Part shown: positions 1-9,468 of the stretch, in pieces | Layout: the number at the start of each line of letters is the position of its first letter | How positions within the stretch are numbered: position 1 is the stretch's first letter | DNA from: a bacterium | Lineage (GTDB): Bacteria; Bacillota_I; Bacilli_A; RFN20; CAG-826 | Length of the DNA: 64,000 bases | Direction of reading: 5' to 3' | NCBI GenBank assembly: GCA_963617535.1 | Contig: CAVEPD010000003.1 | Location: 28,225 to 92,224 of the forward strand | The notes under the pieces: model-generated | What the model was told of the DNA's origin: nothing | The model's input: the letters and a program-made list of their open reading frames with translations, nothing else | The model's database searches: none | Made by a program: the position numbers and the translations under genes

Positions 1-127
1 GCTATCGTAGTCCGAAAAGGGCAAAAGTAAACGGGAAATCGATATTCGTTCGATTTTCAAGGCGTGAAAACGCTTTTTCGAAAGCAGGAAATTCGCCAAA
101 ATTCCGCTTCCTTTCGTCTTGCTAACT

Positions 128-136
128 TGTTAGAAT
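128..136 (+). promoter_or_regulatory. candidate extended -10 promoter (TGtTAGAAT) upstream of rpsO
   Basis: TG at 128-129 followed by TAGAAT at 131-136, about 85 nt upstream of the rpsO ATG. No convincing -35. Confidence 0.4.
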
Positions 137-222
137 ACGTCCCGCAGCCCGCCTTTGTCAGAACCCTTCTCCAGATTCGACTTAGACGAGGCCAAGTACC
201 AAATATAAGGAGAAAACAAACT

Positions 223-492
223 ATGGCACTTAACAAAGACAAGTCCGCCGCGATCATCAAGAAGTTCGGCAAGAACGAGAAAGACTGCGGCTCCACCGAA
301 GTCCAGATCGCCCTTCTTACCGCGCGCATCCAGGACCTCACCGCTCACATCAAGAACAACGGCCAGGATGCCGCTGCCCATCGTAGCCTTCTCATCCTCG
401 TCGGCAAGCGTCGCAGCCTTCTCGACTACCTCGCCAAAACCGATGTCGACCGCTACGCGAAGCTCCTCAAAGAACTCAGCCTCCGCAAGTAA
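223..492 (+). CDS. rpsO: 30S ribosomal protein S15
   Basis: 89 aa starting MALNKDKSAAIIKKFGKNEKDCGSTEVQIALLTARI, ending YLAKTDVDRYAKLLKELSLRK, a typical S15. AAGGAG SD at 207-212. The ORF-track start at 64 is a spurious upstream extension. Confidence 0.95.
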   Translation: MALNKDKSAAIIKKFGKNEKDCGSTEVQIALLTARIQDLTAHIKNNGQDAAAHRSLLILVGKRRSLLDYLAKTDVDRYAKLLKELSLRK

Positions 493-514
493 TTCGAACA
501 AAACTTGGAGAAAC

Positions 515-540
515 CAAAAGGCCCTTCGGGGTCTTTTTTC
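515..540 (+). terminator. rho-independent terminator/attenuator after rpsO
   Basis: AAAGGCCC-TTCG-GGGTCTTT hairpin followed by a T-run. Confidence 0.8.
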
Positions 541-694
541 GTGGAGACGAAGCGAAAGTTATAATCTAGATGCGGCGTTGCCTAGTCTTGATGGCCAAAG
601 GCATCCTCCCTTAAGGGAGAAAGAAATCTTTTTAGTGTTAATCCATTCCAATAGGTCTAAACTATGCCCGTTGAGAATTTTTACAGGAGAAACA

Positions 695-2947
695 ATGAAA
701 AAGGTATTCGAAACCGAATTCGCCGGACGTCACTTAGTCGTTGAGACCGGCGAGATCGCAAAGCAGGCCGATGGCGCTGCTTTCGTCCGCTTCGGCGACA
801 CCGTGGTCCTTTCGACCGCTTGCTGCGCCGACACCCCCAAAGAGGGAGATTTCTTCCCCCTCACCGTCAACTATGAGGAAAAGGCTTATGCCGCCGGGAA
901 AATCCCTGGCAGCTACCTCCGCAGAGAAGGCCGCCCTGGCGAGCACGCGACGCTCGCCGCGCGTCTAATTGACCGCCCGATCCGCCCGCTTTTCGCGGAT
1001 GGATTCCGCAACGAAGTCCAGCTCGTCTCCACCGTCATGAGCGTGGACATGAACAACACCCCTGAGATGACCGGCATGCTCGGCGCCTCCTTGGCCCTTT
1101 GCATCAGCGACATCCCCTTTGACGGCCCGGTCGCCGGAGTCTACGTCGGCAGAGTCGACGGCAAGCTCATCATCGACCCCACGATGGAAGAGAAAGAGAA
1201 ATCCGACATCGAACTCGCCGTCGCCGGCACCGAAGAGGCCATCATGATGGTCGAAGCCGGCGCGAGCCAGGTCCCTGAAGAAGAGATGCTCGACGCCATC
1301 ATGTTCGGCTTCGACGCCATCAAAGAGCTCTGCCAGTTCCAGAAGAAGATCATCGCCGAAATCGGCAAGCCCAAGCGCCATATCGATCTTTATGCCCCCA
1401 ACCCCGAAATCGTCAAAGACATCAATGACCGCATCGGGGAGAAGATGGTCAAAGCCATCTCGATCTTCGACAAGCTCGAACGTCAAGACGCGATCGACGC
1501 GCTTGAAAACGAGATCCTCGAGGATTACGACACCCGTTCCTACGAGAACGAGAAAGTCCATCAAAAGACCATGATGATGGTCCATGACATTCTCGAAGGC
1601 ATGGTGGCCGCGGAAGTCCGCCGCCTCATCATCGAGGACAAGGTCCGTCCGGATGGACGCAAAGTGGACGAGATCCGTCCTCTTGACTGCCAAGTCGACC
1701 TCCTTCCCCGCGCCCACGGCTCTGCCATGTTCACCCGTGGCCAGACCCAGGTCATCGGCACGACCACCCTCGGTCCTTTAAGCGACAAGCAAGAAATCGA
1801 CGATCTTTCCGGCGAAACCGAAAGACGCTTCATGCATCACTATAATTTCCCGCCCTTCTCGGTTGGCGAGATCGGCAGGATGGGCAGCCCTGGCAGAAGA
1901 GAAATCGGCCACGGCAAACTCGGTGAAAGGGCTCTTCGCTATGTTCTTCCTAGCGAAGCGGAATTCCCTTACACCATCCGCTGCGTCGCTGACGTGGTGG
2001 AGTCCAACGGTTCCTCTTCTCAGGCTTCTCTTTGCGCGAACTGCATGTCCCTCATGGCGGCCGGCGTCCCGATAAAGGGCATTGTCAGCGGCATCGCAAT
2101 GGGCTTAATCACCCGCGATCCTTCTCGTTCGCCTGATAACGACACCAATCCCTATACCATCCTCACCGACATCCAGGGTCTAGAAGACCATTTCGGCGAC
2201 ATGGACTTCAAGTGCGCGGGCACCGAGAAAGGCATCACCGCACTTCAGATGGACATCAAGATCCACGGCGTTACCCGTGAGGTCCTCTCCGAGGCCCTCG
2301 CTCAGGCCCACAAAGCCAGAGCCGAGATCAGAAACGCTATCTCCGCTTGCATCCCTGAACCCCGCAAAGAGGTCAGCGAATGGGCTCCTAAGATGGTTAC
2401 CTTCCAGATTGATCCCTCCAAGATCAGGGACGTCATCGGCAAAGGCGGCGAGACCATCAACTCCATCATCGCCGAGTGCGACAACGTCGCCATCGACGTC
2501 GAGGAAGATGGCAAAGTCACCCTCTATCATAGTTCCAAAGCCATGATCGAGAAGGCCAAAGGCATGATCGACGACATCGTCCGCGTCGCCAAGGTCGGCG
2601 AAATCTTCGAAGGCAAAGTCACCAGAGTCGAGGACTATGGTGCCTTCGTGAACCTCTTCGGCGACACCGATGGGCTCTGCCACGTCTCCCGTCTCAAATG
2701 GGATTACGTCGAGAACGCGAGTGACATCGTCAAAGTCGGCGACACCCTCAAAGTGGTGGTCATCGGCATCGATGATTCCACTGGCAAGGTCAAGGTCAGC
2801 CACCGTGAGTTCGAAGAAAAGCCGGAAGGCTACGTCGAGCGTCCGGAGAATGACCGCCCCCGTGGAAACAAAGGCGGGGATCGCGGACATGGCGGACACG
2901 GCAATTTCCACGGCAATCGCGGTGGAAAAGGCCCGAATCGTCATTGA
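695..2947 (+). CDS. pnp: polyribonucleotide nucleotidyltransferase (PNPase) with a Gly/Arg/His-rich C-terminal tail
   Basis: MKKVFETEFAGRHLVVETGEIAKQADGA start with GGAGA SD. Two RNase PH domains, KH (GKGGETINSI) and S1 (GKVTRVEDYGAFVNL). Classic rpsO-pnp synteny. In-frame ORF-track start at 368 rejected. Confidence 0.95.
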   Translation: MKKVFETEFAGRHLVVETGEIAKQADGAAFVRFGDTVVLSTACCADTPKEGDFFPLTVNYEEKAYAAGKIPGSYLRREGRPGEHATLAARLIDRPIRPLFADGFRNEVQLVSTVMSVDMNNTPEMTGMLGASLALCISDIPFDGPVAGVYVGRVDGKLIIDPTMEEKEKSDIELAVAGTEEAIMMVEAGASQVPEEEMLDAIMFGFDAIKELCQFQKKIIAEIGKPKRHIDLYAPNPEIVKDINDRIGEKMVKAISIFDKLERQDAIDALENEILEDYDTRSYENEKVHQKTMMMVHDILEGMVAAEVRRLIIEDKVRPDGRKVDEIRPLDCQVDLLPRAHGSAMFTRGQTQVIGTTTLGPLSDKQEIDDLSGETERRFMHHYNFPPFSVGEIGRMGSPGRREIGHGKLGERALRYVLPSEAEFPYTIRCVADVVESNGSSSQASLCANCMSLMAAGVPIKGIVSGIAMGLITRDPSRSPDNDTNPYTILTDIQGLEDHFGDMDFKCAGTEKGITALQMDIKIHGVTREVLSEALAQAHKARAEIRNAISACIPEPRKEVSEWAPKMVTFQIDPSKIRDVIGKGGETINSIIAECDNVAIDVEEDGKVTLYHSSKAMIEKAKGMIDDIVRVAKVGEIFEGKVTRVEDYGAFVNLFGDTDGLCHVSRLKWDYVENASDIVKVGDTLKVVVIGIDDSTGKVKVSHREFEEKPEGYVERPENDRPRGNKGGDRGHGGHGNFHGNRGGKGPNRH

Positions 2948-2964
2948 TTTCAAACATAAGATCT

Positions 2965-2994
2965 AGAGGCGGCTTAACAACCGCCTCTTTTTCG
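2965..2994 (+). terminator. rho-independent terminator after pnp
   Basis: AGAGGCGG-CTTAACAA-CCGCCTCT hairpin followed by TTTTT. Confidence 0.85.
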
Positions 2995-3289
2995 TGCCTT
3001 TATCCTATTCGATCTTTCGCGAGCGCGCGCATACGGAGCAAAAAAAGAGCGTGGCCAATGTTTTCGATGACGTCAAAAAGGAGATAAATCTCTTCTTGGG
3101 TTCCTTCTTTGACAAGCTCTCCGAATTCTTTAAGGCCAATGCGTTCGTCTTAGATAGGGCTATCTATACGGCATCACCGTCCCTTTAACCGATTCCAAAC
3201 TCGCCGACATCGAGCATAAGTTCGAGGGGGTGACCTATGGCTTTGTTGATTTCGGGAATTCTTCCGTTGCCTTGCCGACTATTGCCTAA
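2994..3289 (+). pseudogene. possible frameshifted gene remnant
   Basis: A 64-aa ORF (2994-3188) continues in another frame from 3158 as GYLYGITVPLTDSKLADIEHKFEGVTYGFVDFGNSSVALPTIA*, with no start codon. This looks like a decayed coding region. No family recognised. Confidence 0.25.
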
Positions 3290-3358
3290 TGGGTGGTTAT
3301 AAATGAAAAGCCGAAGTTGCGGATTTAAATATATAAGAACGTATATAACTGTTTAATT

Positions 3359-4450
3359 TTATAAGGTAATGCGCTTAATAATTTCAAATAACGAAAAATT
3401 CTCTAAAATCCTAAAAATGCCGTCTATCCCCTTGATCTCCGCTGTTTTTAGCTCTGAATGAAGGTTTTTGAACAGCTTGGAAGGAAAGTCGCTTTCTTCT
3501 AGATAAGGCGCATCTCCTTGGCGAACGATTTCAGGGTCATTTTGCTCCAAAAGATAGGAAACTAAATAACGTCTGAAGTAGATGAGAAGGTCTTCTTCGA
3601 TCCAATAAGATGACTTTTTCGCAGCTCCTTCGACTTGCTTTAAAGCGATATACAAAGGCAGGCCGTCTTCGACGTCGTGATAGATGTCAACGAACAGGTA
3701 ATCGTAAGCCCCTTGCTCGGTATTCTTTGCAAAGGAAATCGCGTCTTGCTCAATGAGAATGATTTTGCCTTCTGGGAAAGAGGGCAGCAGGTGTTCCTTG
3801 AAGAAAGAAATCACGTCTTTGTCGCTTTCGACGATTGTCACGTGGGTCACGCTTTCCTTAATTGAGGCCCGGTAAGCGAAGTAGCCCATCCCCAGGCCAT
3901 AGGTTAGAACCTCTCCATCGCATTCGTCGATGGCTTTCTCCATCGTCTTGATCTCATGGGGGACTAAAGACATCCAAGGTCTTCCGTCCTTTGAAAAGAC
4001 GGGATAGGAGAATCCTTTCTTGGAATAAGCAAAGCTTGGACGTTCCTCAAAATAAGGGGAAGGGCCGACTTCATAGGAAGAATAAGGGAAAAGCTCGCCC
4101 GGAACGACGTTCTTCATTGTTAAGGAAAGCCCCTTTTCATGAATCGATAGACCTTCCAAAACCTTGAAGTAGGGGTCTAGTTCAACGAAAGAAACATCTT
4201 CGATTTGTCGAATATAAGGGAAAAGGCGCTTTTCGCAGTCTTCCTTAAGTCCGTTATCAAGATTGTCGAAGCAAGCGAGGAAAAATTCCTCGAATTCCTT
4301 TTTGAATGAGAAAGAAGGAATTTCGGAGATATTCTCTTCCTGAATTGAGAGATATTCGTTCAAAAGTTCGGCAAGTTCGGCCTCCCTGTCTTGTTTTCTC
4401 TCTAGATTCCGGAGGTATTTTTGGCTTTCTTTGTCGTTAGGAAGAAACAT
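3359..4450 (-). CDS. hypothetical protein with a C-terminal class I SAM-dependent methyltransferase / spermidine-synthase-like fold
   Basis: 363 aa from ATG 4450 (GTG 4456 is an alternative). Contains VLTYGLGMGYFAY (GxGxG-like), VTIVESDKDV and DYLFVDIYHD acidic motifs. Visibly AT-richer than its neighbours. Confidence 0.6.
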   Translation of the reverse strand: MFLPNDKESQKYLRNLERKQDREAELAELLNEYLSIQEENISEIPSFSFKKEFEEFFLACFDNLDNGLKEDCEKRLFPYIRQIEDVSFVELDPYFKVLEGLSIHEKGLSLTMKNVVPGELFPYSSYEVGPSPYFEERPSFAYSKKGFSYPVFSKDGRPWMSLVPHEIKTMEKAIDECDGEVLTYGLGMGYFAYRASIKESVTHVTIVESDKDVISFFKEHLLPSFPEGKIILIEQDAISFAKNTEQGAYDYLFVDIYHDVEDGLPLYIALKQVEGAAKKSSYWIEEDLLIYFRRYLVSYLLEQNDPEIVRQGDAPYLEESDFPSKLFKNLHSELKTAEIKGIDGIFRILENFSLFEIIKRITL

Positions 4451-4567
4451 GGACACGATTATAAGATGGCGTTTTGCTCCCTTAAAGGGAGAAGTACGGG
4501 CTTTTCTTATCGGATTGTGATATAAATAACGCCGTTAACCCTAACTCTTACGATTCAGGAGACCAAA

Positions 4568-7009
4568 ATGAGAAAAATAAGTAAAGTCAGCATCCTTGCT
4601 TTGGGCGCAATCGCGGCCTCGTTGCTCGCTTCGTGTGGCTCTGCTACCTCCGATAGCAGCGGCCAAAGCGCTTCTAGCAGTGAAAAAGAGAATGACTCTA
4701 GTACCGCAGAGAGCATCGATTCCAACGTTAGCTCCATCAAAATCGTCAAAGGCTCAATCTCGACTAGCTTCACCCAAGGGGCCAAAGTCGATTACAACAA
4801 TCTTGCGATTGATCTATTCAATGTTAACAAGACAAAGATCAAAACTTTGAAGTGGGCGGAAAACAAAGACACCATTACTCACACCGAGATCGTCACTTCC
4901 GAGGTGGGCGCGGAGAAGTATTTCACCGTCACCTACACCGAGGGCGAGGCGAAATATGAAGACACCATCCAATATGAGGTTTTGGAACCCACCTATACCC
5001 TCAGCTCTTGGGCTGCTAACGAGAATTACGTCTATACCACCTCTTACACCGCGAACTCCAAAATCGCGACGGACGAGGATAACCTCGAGAAGGGCTTCAT
5101 GAAGAAAGCCACCTTCTATGTGGGCAACATGAACGCGGTGGACTTGCTTCCCTCGCTCAATGGCCTAGACGAGGATTACAACGTCGTCACGCTTAACAAA
5201 ATCCCGACGGGAGCGACCCTTTCTCTTTCTAAAGACGGAACCTCTGTCGCGGTGAACGACTACATCGACAACGCGAATGGCTTCCTAAGCGACGGCCTTC
5301 TTAAATTCAAAAACGACGTCACGGGCGCTTTCACCGTCACGCTTAGCTACCAAGACCTCCCCGACATCGTCTATAACGTTGAAGTGGTGGATGCCTATAA
5401 TGTCAGCAAAGCCACTGATCTCTTCGCTTTCTATACCTCGGTGAACTCTTGGCCCTATAGCGAGGCAATCACCGAGAAAGTCAGGGAATATAAGGCTGAG
5501 CTCAGCCTTCCTGACGCGGAGAATCTTGTCCTCCAAAACGACGTGAAAATCTCTAGAAGCGACCTTCCTGATATCTTCGTTTGGCAAGCAAACGAAACCG
5601 ATGTCTCAGCCGTTGTCGGCTCTTTGAAAGACTGGCTCCGCATCTTCGATCACGAATTCAAAAACGCGGGCGATGTCGCGACGATTTACGGCAACCTCCA
5701 TAGCATCTCGCTTAACGACGACGAGAATGATGAAGACGCTTTCCCGAAGATTCTTACGGATTCTTATACCGGCGAGGCGCAAGCGGAGGGTAAGCCGATT
5801 TCCTCTCACGCCTCTTTGTTCTATGGCTCTTATGGTGCGAACCAAGATCCCTTTGACTGCAAAATCGTCTTCAAAGACCTCCAAGCCACGGGAAATAACG
5901 GCGTCAGCGAAGAGACGACTATCACCGAAGGCGGACCGATGTTCCTCAAAACTGAGATCAACGCCTCTTTTGACAATGTCATCATCTCGAAGTTCTACAT
6001 GGACGCGATGGTAGATGGGCCTGGCAGTTTGGACAGCAAGAAAATCGGCGATAAGTACGTGGCCGCCTCCCTTTCCTTCGATTCCTGCCGCTTCAGCGAC
6101 TCGGCGAATGCTGGGGTCTATATTTATGGCGCTGGCTCGATGGACATCAAAAACAGCCAAATCGTCAAATCCGGCGGGCCTCTTCTTTTCCTCAATCCGA
6201 TCATCGAAAAACTTCCTAGCGATCCGGACCAAGTCATGACCTTCTCAACCAAGCTGGCTACTACCGTCACAATCGACGATGCTTCTTTCCTTAGCAACTT
6301 CACCCAAGGCAAAGGCGGCTGGTTCGAGGCTTACGAAGGGGCGAGCGCCCTTGCAGGGACACTCCAAAGCATGAATAACCTCTTCTCTCCTTATGGCATG
6401 TCTTTCCTTAAAGAAAAGAACAGCATCAACAAATTCAACCTTTTGGCCCTCAATCTACCGATTAGTAGTGGGGAAGGACTTGGCCTTCCTTCCTATGACG
6501 CCGGGGGCACGAACGTCACGATTACCAAAGGTGGGAAGCTGGCCTACAGCACACTTGATGGCTATTTGAACGTTTTGAGCGCCGCTTTCGCCACTCAAAG
6601 CGCCTCTACTAATGAAGAGAAACTTGCTGCGTATACCGCTTACGCGAACGCCCTTTCCGGTACTTTCTTCGGGAATAACCTCGCTTTCGCCAATTACGCC
6701 AATGAGATGGTTTTCACCGCCACAACGAGCGATGGCGAGCATGAGTCGGCGATCGTGAACGTCGATGGGATGAGCGGTGCTTATTACCTCTGCTCCGCCG
6801 AATGCGCGATCAAATCCGCTTTCGCTAGCTATGGAATCACCCCTCCTAACTATGCGCCTAGCGACAAATTCAAGAGCGAGGGCTATCTTGCCTGCACGAT
6901 CAACGGCGATTCTTCCGTTATTAATTCTAGTTCCGTCGTCACGAACCCGCTTAGTTACACGGGCGTTGCCAATTACGGCGTGCTTCTAGGCGACTATTAC
7001 AAAATCTGA
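4568..7009 (+). CDS. large surface lipoprotein, possible parallel beta-helix region
   Basis: Signal peptide plus lipobox: MRKISKVSILALGAIAASLLAS-C-GS. 813 aa, Ser/Thr/Asn/Gly-rich. The central segment resembles beta-helix repeats (FDNVIISKFY, FDSCRFSDSANAGVYIYGAGSMDIKNSQIV). GGAG SD. Confidence 0.8.
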   Translation: MRKISKVSILALGAIAASLLASCGSATSDSSGQSASSSEKENDSSTAESIDSNVSSIKIVKGSISTSFTQGAKVDYNNLAIDLFNVNKTKIKTLKWAENKDTITHTEIVTSEVGAEKYFTVTYTEGEAKYEDTIQYEVLEPTYTLSSWAANENYVYTTSYTANSKIATDEDNLEKGFMKKATFYVGNMNAVDLLPSLNGLDEDYNVVTLNKIPTGATLSLSKDGTSVAVNDYIDNANGFLSDGLLKFKNDVTGAFTVTLSYQDLPDIVYNVEVVDAYNVSKATDLFAFYTSVNSWPYSEAITEKVREYKAELSLPDAENLVLQNDVKISRSDLPDIFVWQANETDVSAVVGSLKDWLRIFDHEFKNAGDVATIYGNLHSISLNDDENDEDAFPKILTDSYTGEAQAEGKPISSHASLFYGSYGANQDPFDCKIVFKDLQATGNNGVSEETTITEGGPMFLKTEINASFDNVIISKFYMDAMVDGPGSLDSKKIGDKYVAASLSFDSCRFSDSANAGVYIYGAGSMDIKNSQIVKSGGPLLFLNPIIEKLPSDPDQVMTFSTKLATTVTIDDASFLSNFTQGKGGWFEAYEGASALAGTLQSMNNLFSPYGMSFLKEKNSINKFNLLALNLPISSGEGLGLPSYDAGGTNVTITKGGKLAYSTLDGYLNVLSAAFATQSASTNEEKLAAYTAYANALSGTFFGNNLAFANYANEMVFTATTSDGEHESAIVNVDGMSGAYYLCSAECAIKSAFASYGITPPNYAPSDKFKSEGYLACTINGDSSVINSSSVVTNPLSYTGVANYGVLLGDYYKI

Positions 7010-7011
7010 TT

Positions 7012-9468
7012 ATGCTCAGCAAGGCCTCCCGAAAAAGCATTCTCCTTTTTGGGGGCCTTTTTGCTATTGCCGCTTTGTCCTTTGGGCTATCTTTCTTAGG
7101 GCATGGCGAATACGCGCTTAATTATCTTCCGTTCATATTGCTCCTTCTTACTTTGATCGGCGCTTCTTTCTTGCTTAAGAGGTTTTTGAAAGATCGCCCG
7201 GCAAGGAGCCATAAGTGGGGATTTTTAACGAACCTAAGCGCAAGATTAGCCAAAAAAGAGAGCCGTTATAAGTTCATCCTTTCTTGCCTTTCGATTGCTC
7301 TTTGCTTGCTTTTCTTTGCCCGTTACTATTTTTATCGGGGATACTTTGAATACACGGATAATTACGGTGGGGCTGGCAGTTTTTACTATTACGACATCTT
7401 GCATCTCGAAAGCAAACTCGTGATGGCGAGGGTCTCGCCTTATTTGCTTAACCGCTTTGAAATGGTCGTTGGGACTTTATCAAACGACTTCTGGGGAGCT
7501 TTGGTGATCTTGTCCTTGGTTAGCGCCTTTTATCTCGATGATTCTTCGTTGATGGTAAGACGCTACATCGGCGCCCCGATATCCCTTCTTTTGACCTTGG
7601 CTTTCCCGATTCTCCTTAAGGGAATCGTGGGACAAGACGCCGTTAGTTACCGCTCCATCCTAATGGGGTTAGAGCTCGCTATCTTGGATTTCTATTATCT
7701 CCACAGTTTTCTCGAAGAAGGGAAATTTAGACTAAGCAAGAAAGAAGTGGGGAAACTCATCTCCATCCTCGTCCTTCTCGTTCTTACGATGACGAGTTCT
7801 TATAGCCCTTCCTTGCTTTTCGGCAGAACCATCACCCTAGGGCAATACAGCCTCACAAACCCCCATGACCCGGAGAACATGTCCCACCGGATCTTCATCT
7901 ACCTCGCCTTCATCTTGCCCATCCTTTATTTCGTTTTCCTCTATCCGATGAGCAAAAGGGATAGGAGAGGCGTCCTCCTTCAAATCTCCCTGGGCACGTT
8001 TTTAGGCTACATCTCCATCAACCGTTATGACATCTGGACGAGCCTCTCGACCTGGCCTTTGCACCTTTGCAATACGGCGATGTACACGATGCCCATCACC
8101 TTGCTCTTCATGAGCTATGGGCTATATTATTTCACCTTCTTCATTAATGTTTTGGGCGCCTTCTTTGCTTTGACGATGCCTAATTTCTCCGAGAGCCTCG
8201 CGATTTTCGACCCTGAGATCCTGGCTTTCTACATCAACCATCTGCATGCTTTCTTCATGCCTGTGGTCATCGTGCTGCTAGGGGTTTACGAGCGTCCTAA
8301 GATCAAATACTTCGTTTACTCTCAAATCGGCTTCTTCGTCTATTTCGCCTTGGTGATGGGGGTGAACACGGTATTGACCGCGAAAGGGATTAATAGCGAC
8401 TTCTTCTTCATCAACAGCGACTTCATCGCCGATAAGCTAGGGGAAGGGGCGAAGCGCCTTTTCAAGACAACGTTAAGCTGGGAATCGGGCGGGCTTACCT
8501 ATACCTTGCATCTAGCTTACGACATCGTCTATTACCTTGTTTACGTCGTGCTGGCCTTGGGGATGTGGTTCTTATACGAATTGCTCTTCCGCGTGAGCGA
8601 TGAGCTCGTCGCCATCAAGGTGGCGAAAGCCAATAGCATCAGCAGGCACGAAGCCTATTTAGCGATCTCAGCAGGAGGAAAAGCCATGAGCAATGAGACC
8701 AATCTTACAATCAGCCATCTTTCCAAGAAGTACCACGGGAATGAGAATTTTGCCGTGAAGGATTTCTCCTTGTCTTTAGAAGGGGGCAAAATCTATGGCT
8801 TCCTTGGCAAGAACGGTGCGGGAAAGAGCACGATCATCAAGTCCGTCGTCGGCATCCATGGCTTTGACGAGGGGAATATTTCCGTCTGCGGGCACGATGT
8901 GGTGGAAGAGCCTTTGGAGGCGAAGAAAGAGATCGGCTTCGTCCCGGATAACTATGCGCTTTACGAGAATCTTACCGGCAGGCAATACATCAGCTACATC
9001 GCCGATCTTTATCGCGTCAACAAAGCCCAGAAGGAGGAAATCGAGAAGAACCTCGTCGCCAGGCTGGAATTAGAGGCGCGTTATGACAAGCCGATGAAGA
9101 CCTACAGCCACGGCATGAAACAGAAAATCACCATCATTGCCGCCCTCATCCATAAGCCCAAGATCTGGATTCTCGATGAGCCGATGACGGGCCTCGACCC
9201 CAATTCCATCTATCAGATCAAAGAATGCATGAAAGAACACGCGAAAGAAGGCAACATCGTCTTCTTCTCAAGCCACATCATCGACGTCGTGAAAAACCTC
9301 TGCGACGAGGTGATCATCATCAAAAGGGGCACTCTCATCAGGAGAATCAACCTTGATGAGAAACCCGAGGAAAGAGATGTCCTCGAGGAGACTTTCCTCA
9401 CCCTCACTAGCGATAGCGAGGCGGAGGCTAGCCTCTTGCTCGAAGAAGAGAAAAAGGAGAGAGCGTGA
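7012..9468 (+). CDS. fusion protein: polytopic membrane domain (about 555 aa, YwaF/TIGR02206-like WPLHLCN segment) + ABC transporter ATP-binding domain
   Basis: A single 818-aa ORF. The C-terminal part has Walker A GKNGAGKST, signature YSHGMKQK and Walker B ILDEPMTGLD. The N-terminal part is multi-TM. An internal AGGAGG (8673-8678) plus ATG 8686 lies exactly at the ATPase domain boundary. Confidence 0.8.
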   Translation: MLSKASRKSILLFGGLFAIAALSFGLSFLGHGEYALNYLPFILLLLTLIGASFLLKRFLKDRPARSHKWGFLTNLSARLAKKESRYKFILSCLSIALCLLFFARYYFYRGYFEYTDNYGGAGSFYYYDILHLESKLVMARVSPYLLNRFEMVVGTLSNDFWGALVILSLVSAFYLDDSSLMVRRYIGAPISLLLTLAFPILLKGIVGQDAVSYRSILMGLELAILDFYYLHSFLEEGKFRLSKKEVGKLISILVLLVLTMTSSYSPSLLFGRTITLGQYSLTNPHDPENMSHRIFIYLAFILPILYFVFLYPMSKRDRRGVLLQISLGTFLGYISINRYDIWTSLSTWPLHLCNTAMYTMPITLLFMSYGLYYFTFFINVLGAFFALTMPNFSESLAIFDPEILAFYINHLHAFFMPVVIVLLGVYERPKIKYFVYSQIGFFVYFALVMGVNTVLTAKGINSDFFFINSDFIADKLGEGAKRLFKTTLSWESGGLTYTLHLAYDIVYYLVYVVLALGMWFLYELLFRVSDELVAIKVAKANSISRHEAYLAISAGGKAMSNETNLTISHLSKKYHGNENFAVKDFSLSLEGGKIYGFLGKNGAGKSTIIKSVVGIHGFDEGNISVCGHDVVEEPLEAKKEIGFVPDNYALYENLTGRQYISYIADLYRVNKAQKEEIEKNLVARLELEARYDKPMKTYSHGMKQKITIIAALIHKPKIWILDEPMTGLDPNSIYQIKECMKEHAKEGNIVFFSSHIIDVVKNLCDEVIIIKRGTLIRRINLDEKPEERDVLEETFLTLTSDSEAEASLLLEEEKKERA

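Noticed and set aside
606-619. CTCCC-TTAA-GGGAG hairpin in the rpsO-pnp spacer, with a similar CTCCC-TTAAA-GGGAG at about 4476-4490: possible repeated element or RNase III site
   Set aside because: The arms are only 5 bp and there are only two occurrences, which is compatible with chance. There is no extended similarity around them. The pnp-leader copy might be a processing site, but I cannot support that from sequence alone.
368-694. In-frame N-terminal extension of the pnp ORF (track start at 368), overlapping the rpsO 3' end and its terminator
   Set aside because: The extension is low-complexity and non-homologous. It runs through the rpsO terminator hairpin. The canonical PNPase N-terminus (MKKVFETEFAGR) with an SD begins at 695.
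734-2953. Numerous 60-260-aa ORFs antisense to or out of frame with pnp. The same pattern occurs inside alaS, dnaK, dnaJ, ftsK, lepA and other genes.
   Set aside because: These are shadow ORFs typical of GC-rich third-position coding regions. Their translations are low-complexity (Arg/Ser/Pro/Ala/Gly-rich) and they fully overlap strongly supported genes.
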